64,000 bases of DNA from an uncultured Gemmataceae bacterium. Its GTDB lineage: Bacteria; Planctomycetota; Planctomycetia; Gemmatales; Gemmataceae. The notes beneath the pieces are model-generated. The model was not told where the DNA came from. It did not search any database and was given only the letters and a program-made list of their open reading frames with translations. Both the position numbers and the translations under genes were made by a program. Where the stretch lies: assembly GCA_963750165.1 (NCBI GenBank), contig CAVVPN010000012.1:704001-768000 (forward strand). Direction: 5' to 3'. Shown piece by piece: positions 33,701 to 44,235 of this stretch; position 1 is the first letter of the stretch, and each line of letters opens with the position of its first letter.

Positions 33701-34129
33701 GAAGACGGTGGCCGAGCGCGGGTCGTCGAGCTGGCGGGCGCCGTGGGCGCGGCGGCGGTAGCACCACCAGCCCAGGGCCAGGGTGCCGGCGCTGAGCAGC
33801 GGCTCCAACCAGAGGATGACGGCCGGCGTGGACGGGTCAGGGGTGACCAGGCGGACGGCGAGCAGGACGACAGCAACGAAGATGGCGGCGAACGAACCGA
33901 GCCAGGCGATCAGGGCCAGGCCAACGCCCAGCGGCGCGAAGTACAGGCCGTCGCTGTGCGGGTTCCAGAGACGCGGGTGACTCAGCACCAGCAGGAGCAA
34001 ACCGGCGAGCAGCAACCAGCCGCGGCGGTCGGGGCGGTAGCGGGACGGCCAGGCCGGCAGGCGGACGCCGGGGGGCGCAGGTGCGTCCGTGCCTGGCGGG
34101 GCGGCAGGGTTGGGGATTTGGGGATTCAT
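30723..34129 (-). CDS. membrane multi-PAS sensor histidine kinase (MASE1-like TM region), frameshifts near 33590 and 31915
   Basis: TM region, several PAS repeats, GVVHDFNNLL (H box), NLCLNARDA, DTGIGM, FDPFFSTK, GLGL, split over three ORFs. Confidence 0.85.
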
Positions 34130-34340
34130 GACACCACGGAACAAGCAACCATCTTCCGCGGTGGCCGGTTGCCTGGCACCGTGAAGCCGCGGGGAGGAGA
34201 AAGAGTGGCGCGAGTCATCCTGTCAAAGGGATTGTAGGTCACATTCCCAGGGGTCACAAGCGAATTGTCCCCGACAGGCCGCGCCGCCGGTGCCGTTGGT
34301 GCCGCGGACGCCGATCACTCCGGCGCGAACCGCCGCGATG

Positions 34341-34449
34341 GGCGAGCGGCGCGGCGTCAGCCCGCCGTGCCTGCTGGAATTGGCGAGCGGCGCGGCGTCA
34401 GCCCGCCGGTAACACACAGCACCGGCGGGCTGACGCCGCGCCGCTCGCC
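34341..34449. repeat. REP cluster GGCGAGCGGCGCGGCGTCAGCCCGCCG (two direct copies, one inverted)
   Basis: Copies at 34341 and 34382, inverted at 34421-34449; another copy at 40321. Confidence 0.82.
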
Positions 34450-34574
34450 AAAATTCAGCAGGTACACCCAGCGGCGGAATTTACCCTTGACGGTCGGGCC
34501 GTTCCGGGGGTATACCCTCACCCCTTCCGACGGAAGGAGAGCACGGGCGTCAGTCCTGGAAGGCGGGCGAAACC

Positions 34575-35117
34575 ATGACAGCGCACTGGCGGTCGCGGAC
34601 GGGGCTGTTCCTGGTCATGCTCGGCGCCGCCGCGCTGCCCGGCTGTGTGGAACGGCGCTACACCGTCCTGACCGATCCGCCGTCGGCCATGGTGTTTGAG
34701 GACGGTCGGCCCAGGGGCCCGAGTCCCACCAACCAGACCTTCGATTACTACGGCGTCCGCAAGTACACGGTGATGCGCGACGGCTTCCAGACCCTGGAGG
34801 TGTACGAGGATCTCCGCGCCCCGTGGTGGGAGTACCCGCCGTTCGACTTCATCACCGAGAATCTGTTGCCCTGGACCCTCCGCGACTTCCGTGAACTGCG
34901 GTTCACCTTGCTGCCTCCGCCGGTTGTCCCGGCGGAGCAGGTCAAGGACAAGGCCTTGCAGCTGCGCGAACGCGGTCTCCAGCTGGTGCCGCCGATGCCG
35001 CCGGTCCCGGAAGGCCCACCGCCGCGAGTGCTGCCGCCGGCCGAGGAAGGCCCACGACCACAGGTCTTGCCGCCCGTCCCGGAAGTCGCGCCGAAGGTGC
35101 TGCCGCCGCCCTCGTGA
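34575..35117 (+). CDS. PEGA-domain lipoprotein with Pro-rich tail
   Basis: LPGC lipobox; VERR..V.TDPP.A.V; F.YYG; PWWEYPPFDF. Confidence 0.78.
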   Translation: MTAHWRSRTGLFLVMLGAAALPGCVERRYTVLTDPPSAMVFEDGRPRGPSPTNQTFDYYGVRKYTVMRDGFQTLEVYEDLRAPWWEYPPFDFITENLLPWTLRDFRELRFTLLPPPVVPAEQVKDKALQLRERGLQLVPPMPPVPEGPPPRVLPPAEEGPRPQVLPPVPEVAPKVLPPPS

Positions 35118-35281
35118 GCGCCGGGCTGGCGAGGCCCTGACCACCGCTGGCGACCCTTTGTCCACGCCACACCCGCGCCGGCGTCCGCTGCCCGCGTTAC
35201 AATGACGGTGCCGGCCACGGCACAACCTTTGCCGTTGCCGCGCAGGTGGTGTCGTCAACGAATCCCAAACCCCAGCCTGCC

Positions 35282-36319
35282 GTGTCCCTGCCACACTTTG
35301 CCCATCCCGCATGGCTCTGGCTGCTGCTGGCTCTGCCGCCGCTGCTGTGGCAGTGGTTGCGTCAGCGCGGGCCGGCGGTGCGCTTCCCCGGCACCGCCTG
35401 GCTGCGGCCGCTGCCCGGCAGCCGTCGCGGCCGCTGGGTCCGCTGGGCGACCGTGACGCTGCGCGGCCTGGCCCTGGCGCTGCTGGTCGTGGCGCTGGCG
35501 GGGCCGCGCTGGCCGGACCCCGGCTCGCGCCTGTCCACGGAGGGCATCGCCATCGTCATCCTCGTGGACGTGAGCGGCAGCATGGGCGAGCGCGATTTCG
35601 ACTGGCACGGCCAACCGGTCAGCCGCTTCGAGGCGGCGCAGCAGGTGTTCCACAAGTTCGTGGAGGGCGGCGAGCTGCCGGATGGCCGGCGGCTGGAGGG
35701 ACGGCGCAGCGACCTGATCGCCCTGGTGCCGTTCGCCACGCGGCCGGAGCTGGGCTGTCCGCTGACGCTCAACCATACCGTGCTGCTGAAATCGCTGGAC
35801 GCCGAGCAGCCGCGAACCAGTTCCGAGGACGGCCTGACCAACCTGGGCGACGCCCTGGCGTGGGGCCTGTTCCGTCTCAAGCCCGCGGGCAAGCGCAAGC
35901 AGATCGTCATTCTGCTGACGGACGGCGAGCAGACGGTGGTGGACAACCAGTCACTGAAGCCACGACAGGCGGCGCAGCTGGCCGGCAACCTGGGTGTGCC
36001 AGTGTACACGATCGACGCCGGCAGCGACCGGCCGCCGACGGCCGCCGCGCTGGAGCCGACCTCCGCCGCGGATCGGCTGAACGCGAAGAAGACGCTGCAG
36101 GAGATGGCCCGGCTGTCGAAGGGTCGGTACTTTGCGGCGGCGGACACGGCGGCGCTGGCGGAGGCGTGCGCCCAGATCGATGAACTGGAACGGCAGCCGA
36201 TCGAGAGTTTCGAGTATCGGCTGTATGACGAGTGGTATCCGTGGTGCGGCCTGGCGGCGCTGGCGCTGTGGGCGTTGCTGCTGGTGCTGGAGCGGACGTG
36301 GTGGCGGCGCGTACCGTGA
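35282..36319 (+). CDS. BatA-like VWA protein
   Basis: FAHPAWLWLL, ALAGP, DVSGSM (MIDAS), CPLT, TNLGDAL, LLTDGE. Confidence 0.87.
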   Translation: MSLPHFAHPAWLWLLLALPPLLWQWLRQRGPAVRFPGTAWLRPLPGSRRGRWVRWATVTLRGLALALLVVALAGPRWPDPGSRLSTEGIAIVILVDVSGSMGERDFDWHGQPVSRFEAAQQVFHKFVEGGELPDGRRLEGRRSDLIALVPFATRPELGCPLTLNHTVLLKSLDAEQPRTSSEDGLTNLGDALAWGLFRLKPAGKRKQIVILLTDGEQTVVDNQSLKPRQAAQLAGNLGVPVYTIDAGSDRPPTAAALEPTSAADRLNAKKTLQEMARLSKGRYFAAADTAALAEACAQIDELERQPIESFEYRLYDEWYPWCGLAALALWALLLVLERTWWRRVP

Positions 36320-36439
36320 GGTTCCGCCGCTTGCGGCTTGGCGCGCTTCGTCTCTCGCGGCGCTGGGAATAATCTTCTGGCGGCGGGAGGGATCGCAGCT
36401 CGCGCAGCCTAAGCCGCAAGCGGCAGAAGACAAAAGACC

Positions 36440-37500
36440 ATGACTCCTCTGTGGCACACCTGGTTCGCCCAGCCCTGGGCGCTGTGGCTGCTGACGCTGC
36501 TGCCGCTGCTGGGCCTGCTGGCAGCGCTGCGCGCTGGCGGCGGCGCCGGGCGCTGCTGCGCCTGGGCGGGGCGTTCGCGCTGCAGGCGCTGCTGGCGCCA
36601 CGGCGGTGGAGCGGCTTGCTGCGCCGGCTGTGCGGGACGCTCGGGCTGGTGCTGCTGATCGTGGGCGTCGCCGGGCCGCAGTGGGGCCGCGAGCCGCATC
36701 AGCAGGTCAGCGCCGGCCGCGACCTGGTCGTGGTGCTCGACCTGAGCCGCAGCATGCTCGCGGAGCAGCCCAGCCGGCAGAAGCTGGCGCGCGAGGCGCT
36801 GCTGGGCCTGGCCGACTCGCTGCAGAAGCGCGGCGGCCATCGCGTCGCCCTGGTGGTGTTCGCCGCGCAGCCGAAGCTGGTGCTGCCGCTGGCGCAGGAC
36901 TACGACCTGTTCCGCGACGCCGTGAAACAACAGGACGCGGCGCGGCTGCCACCGGAACTGCTGCCGGGTGCGGAAGGGCTGTCGGGCACGCGCATCGGCG
37001 CGGCGCTGAAACTGGCGGTGGCGTCGTTCGAGGCGGACGGCACCCAGCCGCGGGCCATTGTGCTCGTCTCCGACGGCGACGACCCGGCCGAGCAGGCTGT
37101 CCCGCCCGACCGCGAATGGAACGAGGGCGTGATCGCGGCGGCGGGCAAACACATCCCGGTCATCACCGTGGGCGTCGGCGACCCGGAGACGCCGCGGAAC
37201 ATCCTCGTCAACGACCGGCCGCTGCGCCATGACGACAAGGTCGTCGAGAGCCGGCTACACGAGGATCTGCTGCGCGAAATCGCGGAGCGGACGGGCGGCA
37301 GTTACGTGGCAGCGCGGCGCTTCACGCTGCCGCCGGACGCGCTGTTCCGGGCGGTGCTTGACCGGCGCGAGGCGCCCGGCGGCCGCGCCGGCGAGCTGCC
37401 GCGCTACCGCCAGCAATACGGCTGGTTCTTCGGCAGCGCCCTGGCGCTGCTGACGCTGGCCACACTGGGCCGCACCCGCCGGCCGCTGGAGGGCCGTTGA
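36440..37500 (+). CDS. BatB-like VWA protein, frameshift near 36535
   Basis: FAQPWALWLL then AGPQWG, DLSRSMLA, GTRIGAAL, VSDGD. Confidence 0.83.
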
Positions 37501-37501
37501 C

Positions 37502-38344
37502 ATGCCGTCACGTTGGTTGATCGTGGGGTTGAGTTTGGCAGCGCTGGCGCTGCCGGGGGCCGCGCCGCAGGACGGCGATGACTCGCTGCGTCAGGCCAAC
37601 GCCGCCTTCGCGCGCGGCGACTACGCCGAGGCGCTGGCGCTGTACGAGCGGGCGGAGGAGCGGGCCGCCGACCCGGGACTGGTCGCGTTCAACAAGGGGG
37701 CGACGCTGTATCGCCTGGGCCGCTGGCGCGAGGCGCAGCTGTGCTATCTGCGTTGCCTGGAGGACCAGGAAGCGCCGCCGACGCGGCGGGCAAAGGGGCT
37801 GTACGACCTGGGCAACTGTCTGCTGCGCGAGGGGGCGGAGACGCAGTCGGCGAAGACGCTGGCGCTGGCCATCGAGTTCTACCGTGCCTGCCTGGGCGAC
37901 GCGGCCGGGCGGGAGTTGCACGGCCAGGCCCGGCACAACCTGGAACTGGCCCGACTGCTGTGGCTCAAGGCCCGCGCCAACCCGGCGCAGGATCGCGACC
38001 CGAAGGAGGACACCACGGACACGTCGAGGAAGGAGCCGGAGGGCCAGAAGGACTCCGGCACGGACGAGGGCGACGACCAGGACGGCAAGCCGGCCCGCAA
38101 GCACCGTTCCGCGCTACAGCAGGCGTTGCAGAGCCGGCAGAAGGCCCAGGAGGTGGAGCAGCAGCTGGCGGGAAAGGGCAACCTGCGAACGCTGCCGGAC
38201 TCGGATCAGCTGCAGCCGCAGGACGCCGACGACGCCGCGGCGCAGCTGGAGCTGGCAGTGCAACGCATCCTGCGCGATCAACTGGAGCGGCGCGAGCGCG
38301 ACGCGGTACGGCGCGGCACGAACCCCAACGTCAAGGACTGGTGA
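37502..38344 (+). CDS. BatC-like TPR protein
   Basis: Signal peptide, TPR motifs, ARHNLELAR, terminal KDW. Confidence 0.78.
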   Translation: MPSRWLIVGLSLAALALPGAAPQDGDDSLRQANAAFARGDYAEALALYERAEERAADPGLVAFNKGATLYRLGRWREAQLCYLRCLEDQEAPPTRRAKGLYDLGNCLLREGAETQSAKTLALAIEFYRACLGDAAGRELHGQARHNLELARLLWLKARANPAQDRDPKEDTTDTSRKEPEGQKDSGTDEGDDQDGKPARKHRSALQQALQSRQKAQEVEQQLAGKGNLRTLPDSDQLQPQDADDAAAQLELAVQRILRDQLERRERDAVRRGTNPNVKDW

Positions 38345-38362
38345 GCGGCCATGCAGCGCGCC

Positions 38363-38540
38363 CCGTTCAACCCTGTTGTGGCCCGGTCTCCTGACCCTGT
38401 TGTGGCCCGGTCTCCTGACCGGGCCACGGCCCCGACCGAAGGTCTCCTCCAGGTAGCAGCACGAGAGACCTTCGGTCGAAGCCGGTGGCTTGGTCAGGAG
38501 ACCAAGCCACAACAGCGAGCGAAGACCAAGCCACAACAGC
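38363..38540. mobile_element. palindromic element at the batC-batD junction, flanked by a 20-bp direct repeat
   Basis: TGTTGTGGCCCGGTCTCCTGACC / GGTCAGGAGACCAAGCCACAACA arms, inner GACCGAAGGTCTC/GAGACCTTCGGTC; flanks GAGCGGCCATGC(A/G)GCGCGCC at 38343 and 38541. Confidence 0.75.
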
Positions 38541-38548
38541 GAGCGGCC

Positions 38549-39553
38549 ATGCGGCGCGCCGTGCTGGGAGGTCTGGTGCTGGTGCTGCTGGTCAGCGGTG
38601 TGCGCGCCCAGGACCAGCCGCCGCGACAGGAAGGGCTGCTGCCGAAGGGCAATTATCAGATCAGCGTCCGGGCGGCGCCCACGGAGGTGCAGGAAGGCGA
38701 CCCCGTGACGCTGACGCTGCGCATCACCGCCACCGACCCCAGAAGCGAGGAGCCGCGGCGGCCCGACCTGCGCAAACTCGCCAACCCGCAGCTGGCTCCG
38801 CGCAAGCTGGACGACCTCTTTTCCCTGGAAATTCCCGACGGAGAGCCGAAGCGGCCTGAGCGGAACGTCTGGGAGTTCACCTATCTGCTGCGGCCGAAAC
38901 AGCTCGGCACGCAGACACTGCCGACACTGAAATTCGTGTTCATCAACCTGCGTGGCGGCCGCGGCCAGTCGCTGACGCGGCCGCCACGCATCCGGCTGAC
39001 CGTGAAGCCGCGCGGCCAGGCTCCACTGCCGCCCACGGGCAACGTCGCGGCGCCGCCGGGCGTGTTCGAGATCGCCACGGGTGACGCGGTGCTGCGGCGC
39101 GAGGCGCCGTCGTGGTGGTTCGAGCCGTGGGCGCTGGCGCTACTGGCCCTGGCACCGCCGCTGCTGTGCGGCGCCTGGTACGTCGTCTGGCGGCGGCTGC
39201 ACCCGGACGCCCTGCAACTGCGGCAGCGCCGCCACGCCCGCGCCGTGCGCCAGGCCATACGCGAGCTGAAGCGGGCGGCCGACCCCGGCGGCGCCGCGAC
39301 CGCCGCGGTGGTGACACGCTACCTGCGGCAGCGCTTCGACCTGACCGTGGCCGAGCCGACGCCCGCGGAAGTGGCGGCGTGTTTGCAGCAAGCGGGCGCC
39401 TCCGCGGCGCTGGTGCGGCGCGCGACCGGCCTGCTCGGCGCCTGTGACGGCGCCCGCTTCGCGCCGACCGGTGCCCGGCCGGCGCTGGCGCCCGACGCGA
39501 TTCAGTTCATCCAGAGCCTGGAGGCCGACCTGTGTGCCGCGCGGCCCTCGTGA
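38549..39553 (+). CDS. BatD-like protein
   Basis: Signal peptide, P.EV..GDPVTLTL.I, F.YLLRP, TM, C-terminal D.ARFAP; an in-frame upstream ATG also exists at 38351. Confidence 0.72.
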   Translation: MRRAVLGGLVLVLLVSGVRAQDQPPRQEGLLPKGNYQISVRAAPTEVQEGDPVTLTLRITATDPRSEEPRRPDLRKLANPQLAPRKLDDLFSLEIPDGEPKRPERNVWEFTYLLRPKQLGTQTLPTLKFVFINLRGGRGQSLTRPPRIRLTVKPRGQAPLPPTGNVAAPPGVFEIATGDAVLRREAPSWWFEPWALALLALAPPLLCGAWYVVWRRLHPDALQLRQRRHARAVRQAIRELKRAADPGGAATAAVVTRYLRQRFDLTVAEPTPAEVAACLQQAGASAALVRRATGLLGACDGARFAPTGARPALAPDAIQFIQSLEADLCAARPS

Positions 39554-40317
39554 TGTCGCTGCTGCTGGGCGCCGCGCCGGCCGCGGACCTGGACGACGCG
39601 GAATTGCTGCGTCGCGCCGAGACGGCATTCGAGCAGGGCATCGCGTCGCAAGCGGACGCCGCCGCGGCCCGGCGCCACTTCACCGCGGCGGCGGCCAACT
39701 ACGAGGCGCTGCACGACCGCGGCGTCCACAACGCGGCGCTGTATCTCAACTGGGGCAACGCCCTGCTGCTCAGCGACCAGCTGCCGGCGGCGATCCTGGC
39801 CTACCGCCGTGGTCTGCGCCTGGCCCCGGACGACGCGGCGCTGCACGAGCGCTTGGAGTGGGCCCGCGATCAGGTGCAGTACCCGGCGGACGTGCGCTGC
39901 CGGCCCGCGGCAGCGGACTGGCCGCCGTGGCTGCCGCGGTTGCGGCCGGAGTGGGTGCTGTTGGCCGCGGTGGCGTGTTACACGCTGGCGTGCGCCGGCG
40001 TGCTGCGCTGGCGGCTGACGGGCCTGTTCCCCACGGCGACGCTGCCGGCGCTGGCGGCCGCAGCGCTGCTGGGCTACTGGGCCTGGACGCTGCACCGTCA
40101 GGCGGAAGCGGGCCGGCCGTTGGCGGTGATCGCGCACGATGGCACCGCCCTGCGCAAGGGCAACGGCAAGAGTTATCCGCCGCACAGCGAGGTGCCGACG
40201 CTCAACCGCGGTGTTGAGGCGCGCGTCCGCCATCGCCGCGGCGACTGGCTGCAAATCGAGCTGGACGGCGGGCAGGTCGGTTGGGTGCGGCAGGCGGACG
40301 TGCTGCTGGAGGAATGA
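39532..40317 (+). CDS. BatE-like TPR + SH3-like protein
   Basis: LYLNWGNA..AILAYRRGLRLAP; LRKGNG.SY; GDWLQIEL..G.VGWV. Confidence 0.78.
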   Translation: MCRAALVMSLLLGAAPAADLDDAELLRRAETAFEQGIASQADAAAARRHFTAAAANYEALHDRGVHNAALYLNWGNALLLSDQLPAAILAYRRGLRLAPDDAALHERLEWARDQVQYPADVRCRPAAADWPPWLPRLRPEWVLLAAVACYTLACAGVLRWRLTGLFPTATLPALAAAALLGYWAWTLHRQAEAGRPLAVIAHDGTALRKGNGKSYPPHSEVPTLNRGVEARVRHRRGDWLQIELDGGQVGWVRQADVLLEE

Positions 40318-40320
40318 TGG

Positions 40321-40364
40321 GGCGAGCGGCGCGGCGTCAGCCCGCCGTGGCCGCGCCGCTCGCC
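40321..40364. repeat. REP copy (same family as 34341)
   Basis: GGCGAGCGGCGCGGCGTCAGCCCGCCGTGGCCGCGCCGCTCGCC between convergent genes. Confidence 0.75.
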
Positions 40365-40373
40365 CCGATTTAC

Positions 40374-41840
40374 CTACTTCTTGGGCTGGGTGACGCCGGG
40401 GAAGCTGTCGGTGCGGAACGGCGAGGCGGGCAGGCCCGCGCGGTTGAAGAGGTTGCAGATCGGATGGTTCGCCCAACCGTAGCGCACCGCGGTCGGCTCC
40501 GCCACCTGATCGCTGCTGACCACCACCGTGTCGCCGGCGATTTCCGCCTTCGCCGGGTAGAACTTTTTGTCCTGGCCGCAGATGGTGAAGCCGACCAGCG
40601 GAGCGTTGGTGGAGCCCTCCTTGACGCGCCAGGCGGCGCCGTTCTTCCGCTCCAGCGTCGGCACCAGTTCCTTCGCCACCAGGCCGCCATCGACGTGGTC
40701 GAAGCTGACCGTCGCCTTGTTGCCGTTGAAGCGCACCGCCTTGTACATCGGGCCGGAGTACGCGATCTTCTCGCCATAGGTGGTCGCCAGCGCCGCCAGC
40801 GCCAGCCGCTCGCCCACAGGCCGCTTCGGCGTCGGATGGATGTCGTACTCGTTGCCGAAGTCCGTGATGACCGCCATGCCGGTGTTCTTGAGCTTGAGCG
40901 TCATGGCCTGGGCCTCCCGCAACTCCGCCCAGTTGCTCTCGCCGGGCTGCGCGCTGACCCGGGTGAACGGCGCCAGCTGCACGAAGAAGAACGCCAGCTC
41001 GGGGTTCTTGAAGTCGGCCCGCCAGTTCTCGATCATGCGCGGGTGCAGCGTGCGGTACTTGTAGGCCTGGCCCGCGTTGCTCTCGCCCTGATACCAGATT
41101 GCCCCGCGGACGCGGTAGTTCAGCAGCGGGTGCAACATGCCGTTGTACAGCGCCGACGCGGTGTTCGGGCCGACGTTCTTCGGCGTCCCCTCCTTGACGC
41201 CCACCGATTCCAGGGCTCCGCGGCTCATCCACGCCTCAATGCGCGTGCCGCCCCAGCTCGTGTGGATCAGGCCGACCGGCACCTTCAGCTTCGCCTGCAA
41301 CGCGCGGCCGAAGAAGTAGCCGACCGCCGTGAAGCCGTTGACCGTCTTCGGGTCCGCCTCGATCCACTTGCCGGCCGTCTCCGTTTGCGGCGTCCCTTGC
41401 GGAGCCTTCTTGACGTTGAACGTGCGCAGCATTGCATTGTGCGGCGCCGCGGCGGCGTAGTCCTTGTCGCTCTTGTCGCAGCCGCCGACCGACCACTCCA
41501 TGTTCGACTGACCGGAGCAGATCCAGACCTCGCCGACCAGGACGTTCTTGTAATTCAAGGTGTTCTTACCAGCGATGGTCATCTCGAACGGCCCGCCCGC
41601 GGCGCCGGTGGAGACGGTCGCCACCCAGTTGCCCGCGTCGTCGGCGGTGGCGGTCGCCTTGCGGCCGCGGAAGGTGACGGTGACCTGTTCGCCCTTGTCG
41701 GCGGTGCCCCAGATTTTGGCGTCGGACTTCTGTTGCAGGACCATGCCCTCACTGCACAGCGCGTGCGTCTTGACATCGGCGCGCGCCAGCGTCGGCAGGC
41801 AGACAAAGACGAGGGCGAGGAACAGCAGCCGCAGTTTCAT
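40374..41840 (-). CDS. sialate O-acetylesterase family protein
   Basis: MVLQQ, GEVWICSGQSNME, WGGTRIEAW, WYQGESN, DIHP. Confidence 0.9.
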   Translation of the reverse strand: MKLRLLFLALVFVCLPTLARADVKTHALCSEGMVLQQKSDAKIWGTADKGEQVTVTFRGRKATATADDAGNWVATVSTGAAGGPFEMTIAGKNTLNYKNVLVGEVWICSGQSNMEWSVGGCDKSDKDYAAAAPHNAMLRTFNVKKAPQGTPQTETAGKWIEADPKTVNGFTAVGYFFGRALQAKLKVPVGLIHTSWGGTRIEAWMSRGALESVGVKEGTPKNVGPNTASALYNGMLHPLLNYRVRGAIWYQGESNAGQAYKYRTLHPRMIENWRADFKNPELAFFFVQLAPFTRVSAQPGESNWAELREAQAMTLKLKNTGMAVITDFGNEYDIHPTPKRPVGERLALAALATTYGEKIAYSGPMYKAVRFNGNKATVSFDHVDGGLVAKELVPTLERKNGAAWRVKEGSTNAPLVGFTICGQDKKFYPAKAEIAGDTVVVSSDQVAEPTAVRYGWANHPICNLFNRAGLPASPFRTDSFPGVTQPKK

Positions 41841-42071
41841 GTGCGTACTCCCTGGTGCGAAGGTGCCTGGTGGGACAGTGGTGGTCATCATGCCGGATGC
41901 GTGGCCAAAGTCAACGACCGCGCACAGCGCCGGCGCACTTTTTTTCGTATTCCTTCGTTTTACGCTTGACGCACCGTAGGGCCGGTATTACAAAAGCATA
42001 CCGTAACCACGACGATATTACTTTGTCTGACCGAAACTACTGTTCATCAGTCCACCTGGAGGAGTCTCGAC

Positions 42072-43115
42072 ATGACACCGCGACCGCAGGCCCGGCCCCG
42101 CTGGGCGTTCACGCTGATCGAACTGCTCGTCGTGATCGCCATCATCGGCATTCTGATCGGTCTGCTGCTGCCCGCGGTGCAGAAGGTCCGTGCGGCGGCC
42201 GCCGTCTCCCAGTGCCAGAACAATCTCAAACAGATCGGCGTGGCCCTGCACAACTACTACAGTTCCTACAAGTATTTTCCGCCCGGCTACGTCGATGGCA
42301 ACACGGATCCCAACAGCACTCCCGACAATGACGTGGGGCCGGGCTGGGGCTGGGCGGCCTACCTGCTGCCCTACCTCGAACAGAACAACGTGTACAACCA
42401 GATCAATTTCCAGCAGACGGTGGGGACCGGCGTCAACGCTCAGGTTTCCCTGACTGCGCTGCCGGTTTTTCAGTGTCCCTCGGATCCGTACCAGGATGCT
42501 GTCCCCATCTACGACAGTAATTTCACCAATCCGATTGCCGTGGTAGCGCACGGCAACTATGTCGGCTGCAACGGCTGGGAGGAATGCTTTAACGGTGCTG
42601 GCGGCAACCCACAACCCGGGGGCGGGGCCGACGGCCTGACCGGCCAGTACGGCATCGCCGGACGTGGGGTGTTTTATCGTAACAGCCGCACGATTGTCGT
42701 CGCCGTCCGTGACGGCCTGAGCAACACCATTTTCGTGGGCGAGCGCTCCGCCAACCACTCCCCCAGCACCTGGACCGGTGCCGTGCCCGGCGGACGCTGT
42801 CCCGCCTGGATGGCAACGCCAGCCTTCACCGCTCCCAACACGCCGCCGGGCCAGGCACCCACGGGGCCCAACGGGTCGGCCTACGACAATGCGGATTTCG
42901 GCGAGGCACTCGTGTTCGCCCACGCCAACGCCACGCACCTGCCCAACGCCGACCAGCCGTTCTACGACCCCGATACGTTCTACAGCATGCACTCGGGCGG
43001 CGCGAACTTCCTGCTCGGCGACGGCTCGGTGCGGTTCATCAGCAGCGGCGTCAACCCGACCACCTATCAAGCCCTGGGCACCATTGCCGGCGGCGAGGTG
43101 CTCGGCGATTTCTGA
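42072..43115 (+). CDS. DUF1559 prepilin-type protein
   Basis: [53 protein letters not shown]. Confidence 0.93.
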   Translation: MTPRPQARPRWAFTLIELLVVIAIIGILIGLLLPAVQKVRAAAAVSQCQNNLKQIGVALHNYYSSYKYFPPGYVDGNTDPNSTPDNDVGPGWGWAAYLLPYLEQNNVYNQINFQQTVGTGVNAQVSLTALPVFQCPSDPYQDAVPIYDSNFTNPIAVVAHGNYVGCNGWEECFNGAGGNPQPGGGADGLTGQYGIAGRGVFYRNSRTIVVAVRDGLSNTIFVGERSANHSPSTWTGAVPGGRCPAWMATPAFTAPNTPPGQAPTGPNGSAYDNADFGEALVFAHANATHLPNADQPFYDPDTFYSMHSGGANFLLGDGSVRFISSGVNPTTYQALGTIAGGEVLGDF

Positions 43116-43145
43116 CCGCCCGCTTCCGAACGGAGGACATGAGCC

Positions 43146-43541
43146 ATGCGTCATCCAGCACGCTTCGTGGTGTTGCTGTGCTTGCTCGCGGCCGGCTGTG
43201 GCCGGGAGAAAACGACCGAGGAGTTGATCGCGGACCTGAAGTCGCCCGAGGAGAAGGATCGTGTCATCGCGGTTCGTACCCTGGCGCGGCGCCAGGCGGA
43301 CACGGCCCAGACCGTGCCAGCGCTGATCGGTGCCCTCAAGGACACGGAGAGCGACATCCGCTGGAGCGCCGCCATCGGGCTCGGCAGCCTGGGTGAAAGT
43401 GCGCAGGAAGCCATCCCCGCGCTCCAGGCCGCGCAGAGCGACCGTGATGCGCGGGTGCGCGAGGCGGCCGGCGTCGCCCTGTCGCGCATCGATCCGACCC
43501 GCTTCACCGCCCCGTCCAGGAAGCCACGCAAGGGGAAGTGA
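43146..43541 (+). CDS. HEAT-repeat lipoprotein
   Basis: AAGC lipobox; LI.ALKD....R..AA..LG repeats. Confidence 0.8.
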   Translation: MRHPARFVVLLCLLAAGCGREKTTEELIADLKSPEEKDRVIAVRTLARRQADTAQTVPALIGALKDTESDIRWSAAIGLGSLGESAQEAIPALQAAQSDRDARVREAAGVALSRIDPTRFTAPSRKPRKGK

Positions 43542-43703
43542 GCGCGCGGGGATCGGTCCCACGAACTGAAGAAAACCCTGACGCCGCTCCGCGCGCAGGG
43601 TTTTCTTCGTGACGTGGGGCATGCCTGCCCCAGTGGCCTCACAGATGAGTTCGGTAACGAAGGCCAATTCCGCACCCTTCCCGGGCTTGTCGTTACGGTA
43701 GAA

Positions 43704-44114
43704 CTACGAGCCAGCGACCAACTTCATAATGGCGTTAAGCAAATACTCTGGCACCGCCCTGCTGTTCACCCGCGACAACTCACGTACAAGATCCGCCGCC
43801 AGGGGTTCCTGTCTCTTCTGGTACAGATTCATAAACAGCGCGCACTTCTCCGATCGGACCCCATCTGCAACCGCGAAAAACCCTTTGCTTCCGGAAAACA
43901 CCCAATCGTGCGCACGATCCTGCCCCACAATACTCTGCAACCATCTGGACACATCATTCTCTTCGAGGCGTTGATGGAGGTGAAAACCAAACGCTTGATA
44001 CACCATCTTTTTCTTGCAGGTATTCGCGCACTCATACTCCAACCTGCGCATGGCGAAACAAAACACGAGCAGCGCCGCCAGAGCGACAGGAACGAGTAGC
44101 CACCAGGGACTCAA
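43704..44114 (-). CDS. putative RHS immunity protein (N-terminal TM/signal)
   Basis: Directly downstream of the RHS toxin, visibly lower GC, AAGGA RBS before TTG. Confidence 0.55.
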   Translation of the reverse strand: MSPWWLLVPVALAALLVFCFAMRRLEYECANTCKKKMVYQAFGFHLHQRLEENDVSRWLQSIVGQDRAHDWVFSGSKGFFAVADGVRSEKCALFMNLYQKRQEPLAADLVRELSRVNSRAVPEYLLNAIMKLVAGS

Positions 44115-44158
44115 GGTGATCCTTTCCTTATCGCTACGGTGCGCAATCACGAATTGAC

Positions 44159-44208
44159 TTGAGCCCGAGGCGCCAGTGCGGGGGCCCGCGCTGCGCACTC
44201 GGGCTCAA
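44159..44208. repeat. palindromic element (GAGCCCGA(G)GCGCCAG family)
   Basis: TTGAGCCCGAG...CTCGGGCTCAA; related to 55640-55697. Confidence 0.6.
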
Positions 44209-44235
44209 ACAAGAACCGCCCACCAGGGCCAGGAG

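Noticed and set aside
34341..34449. Repeated ~27-bp unit as a mini-CRISPR
   Set aside because: Includes an inverted copy with only ~13-bp gaps; REP-like arrangement
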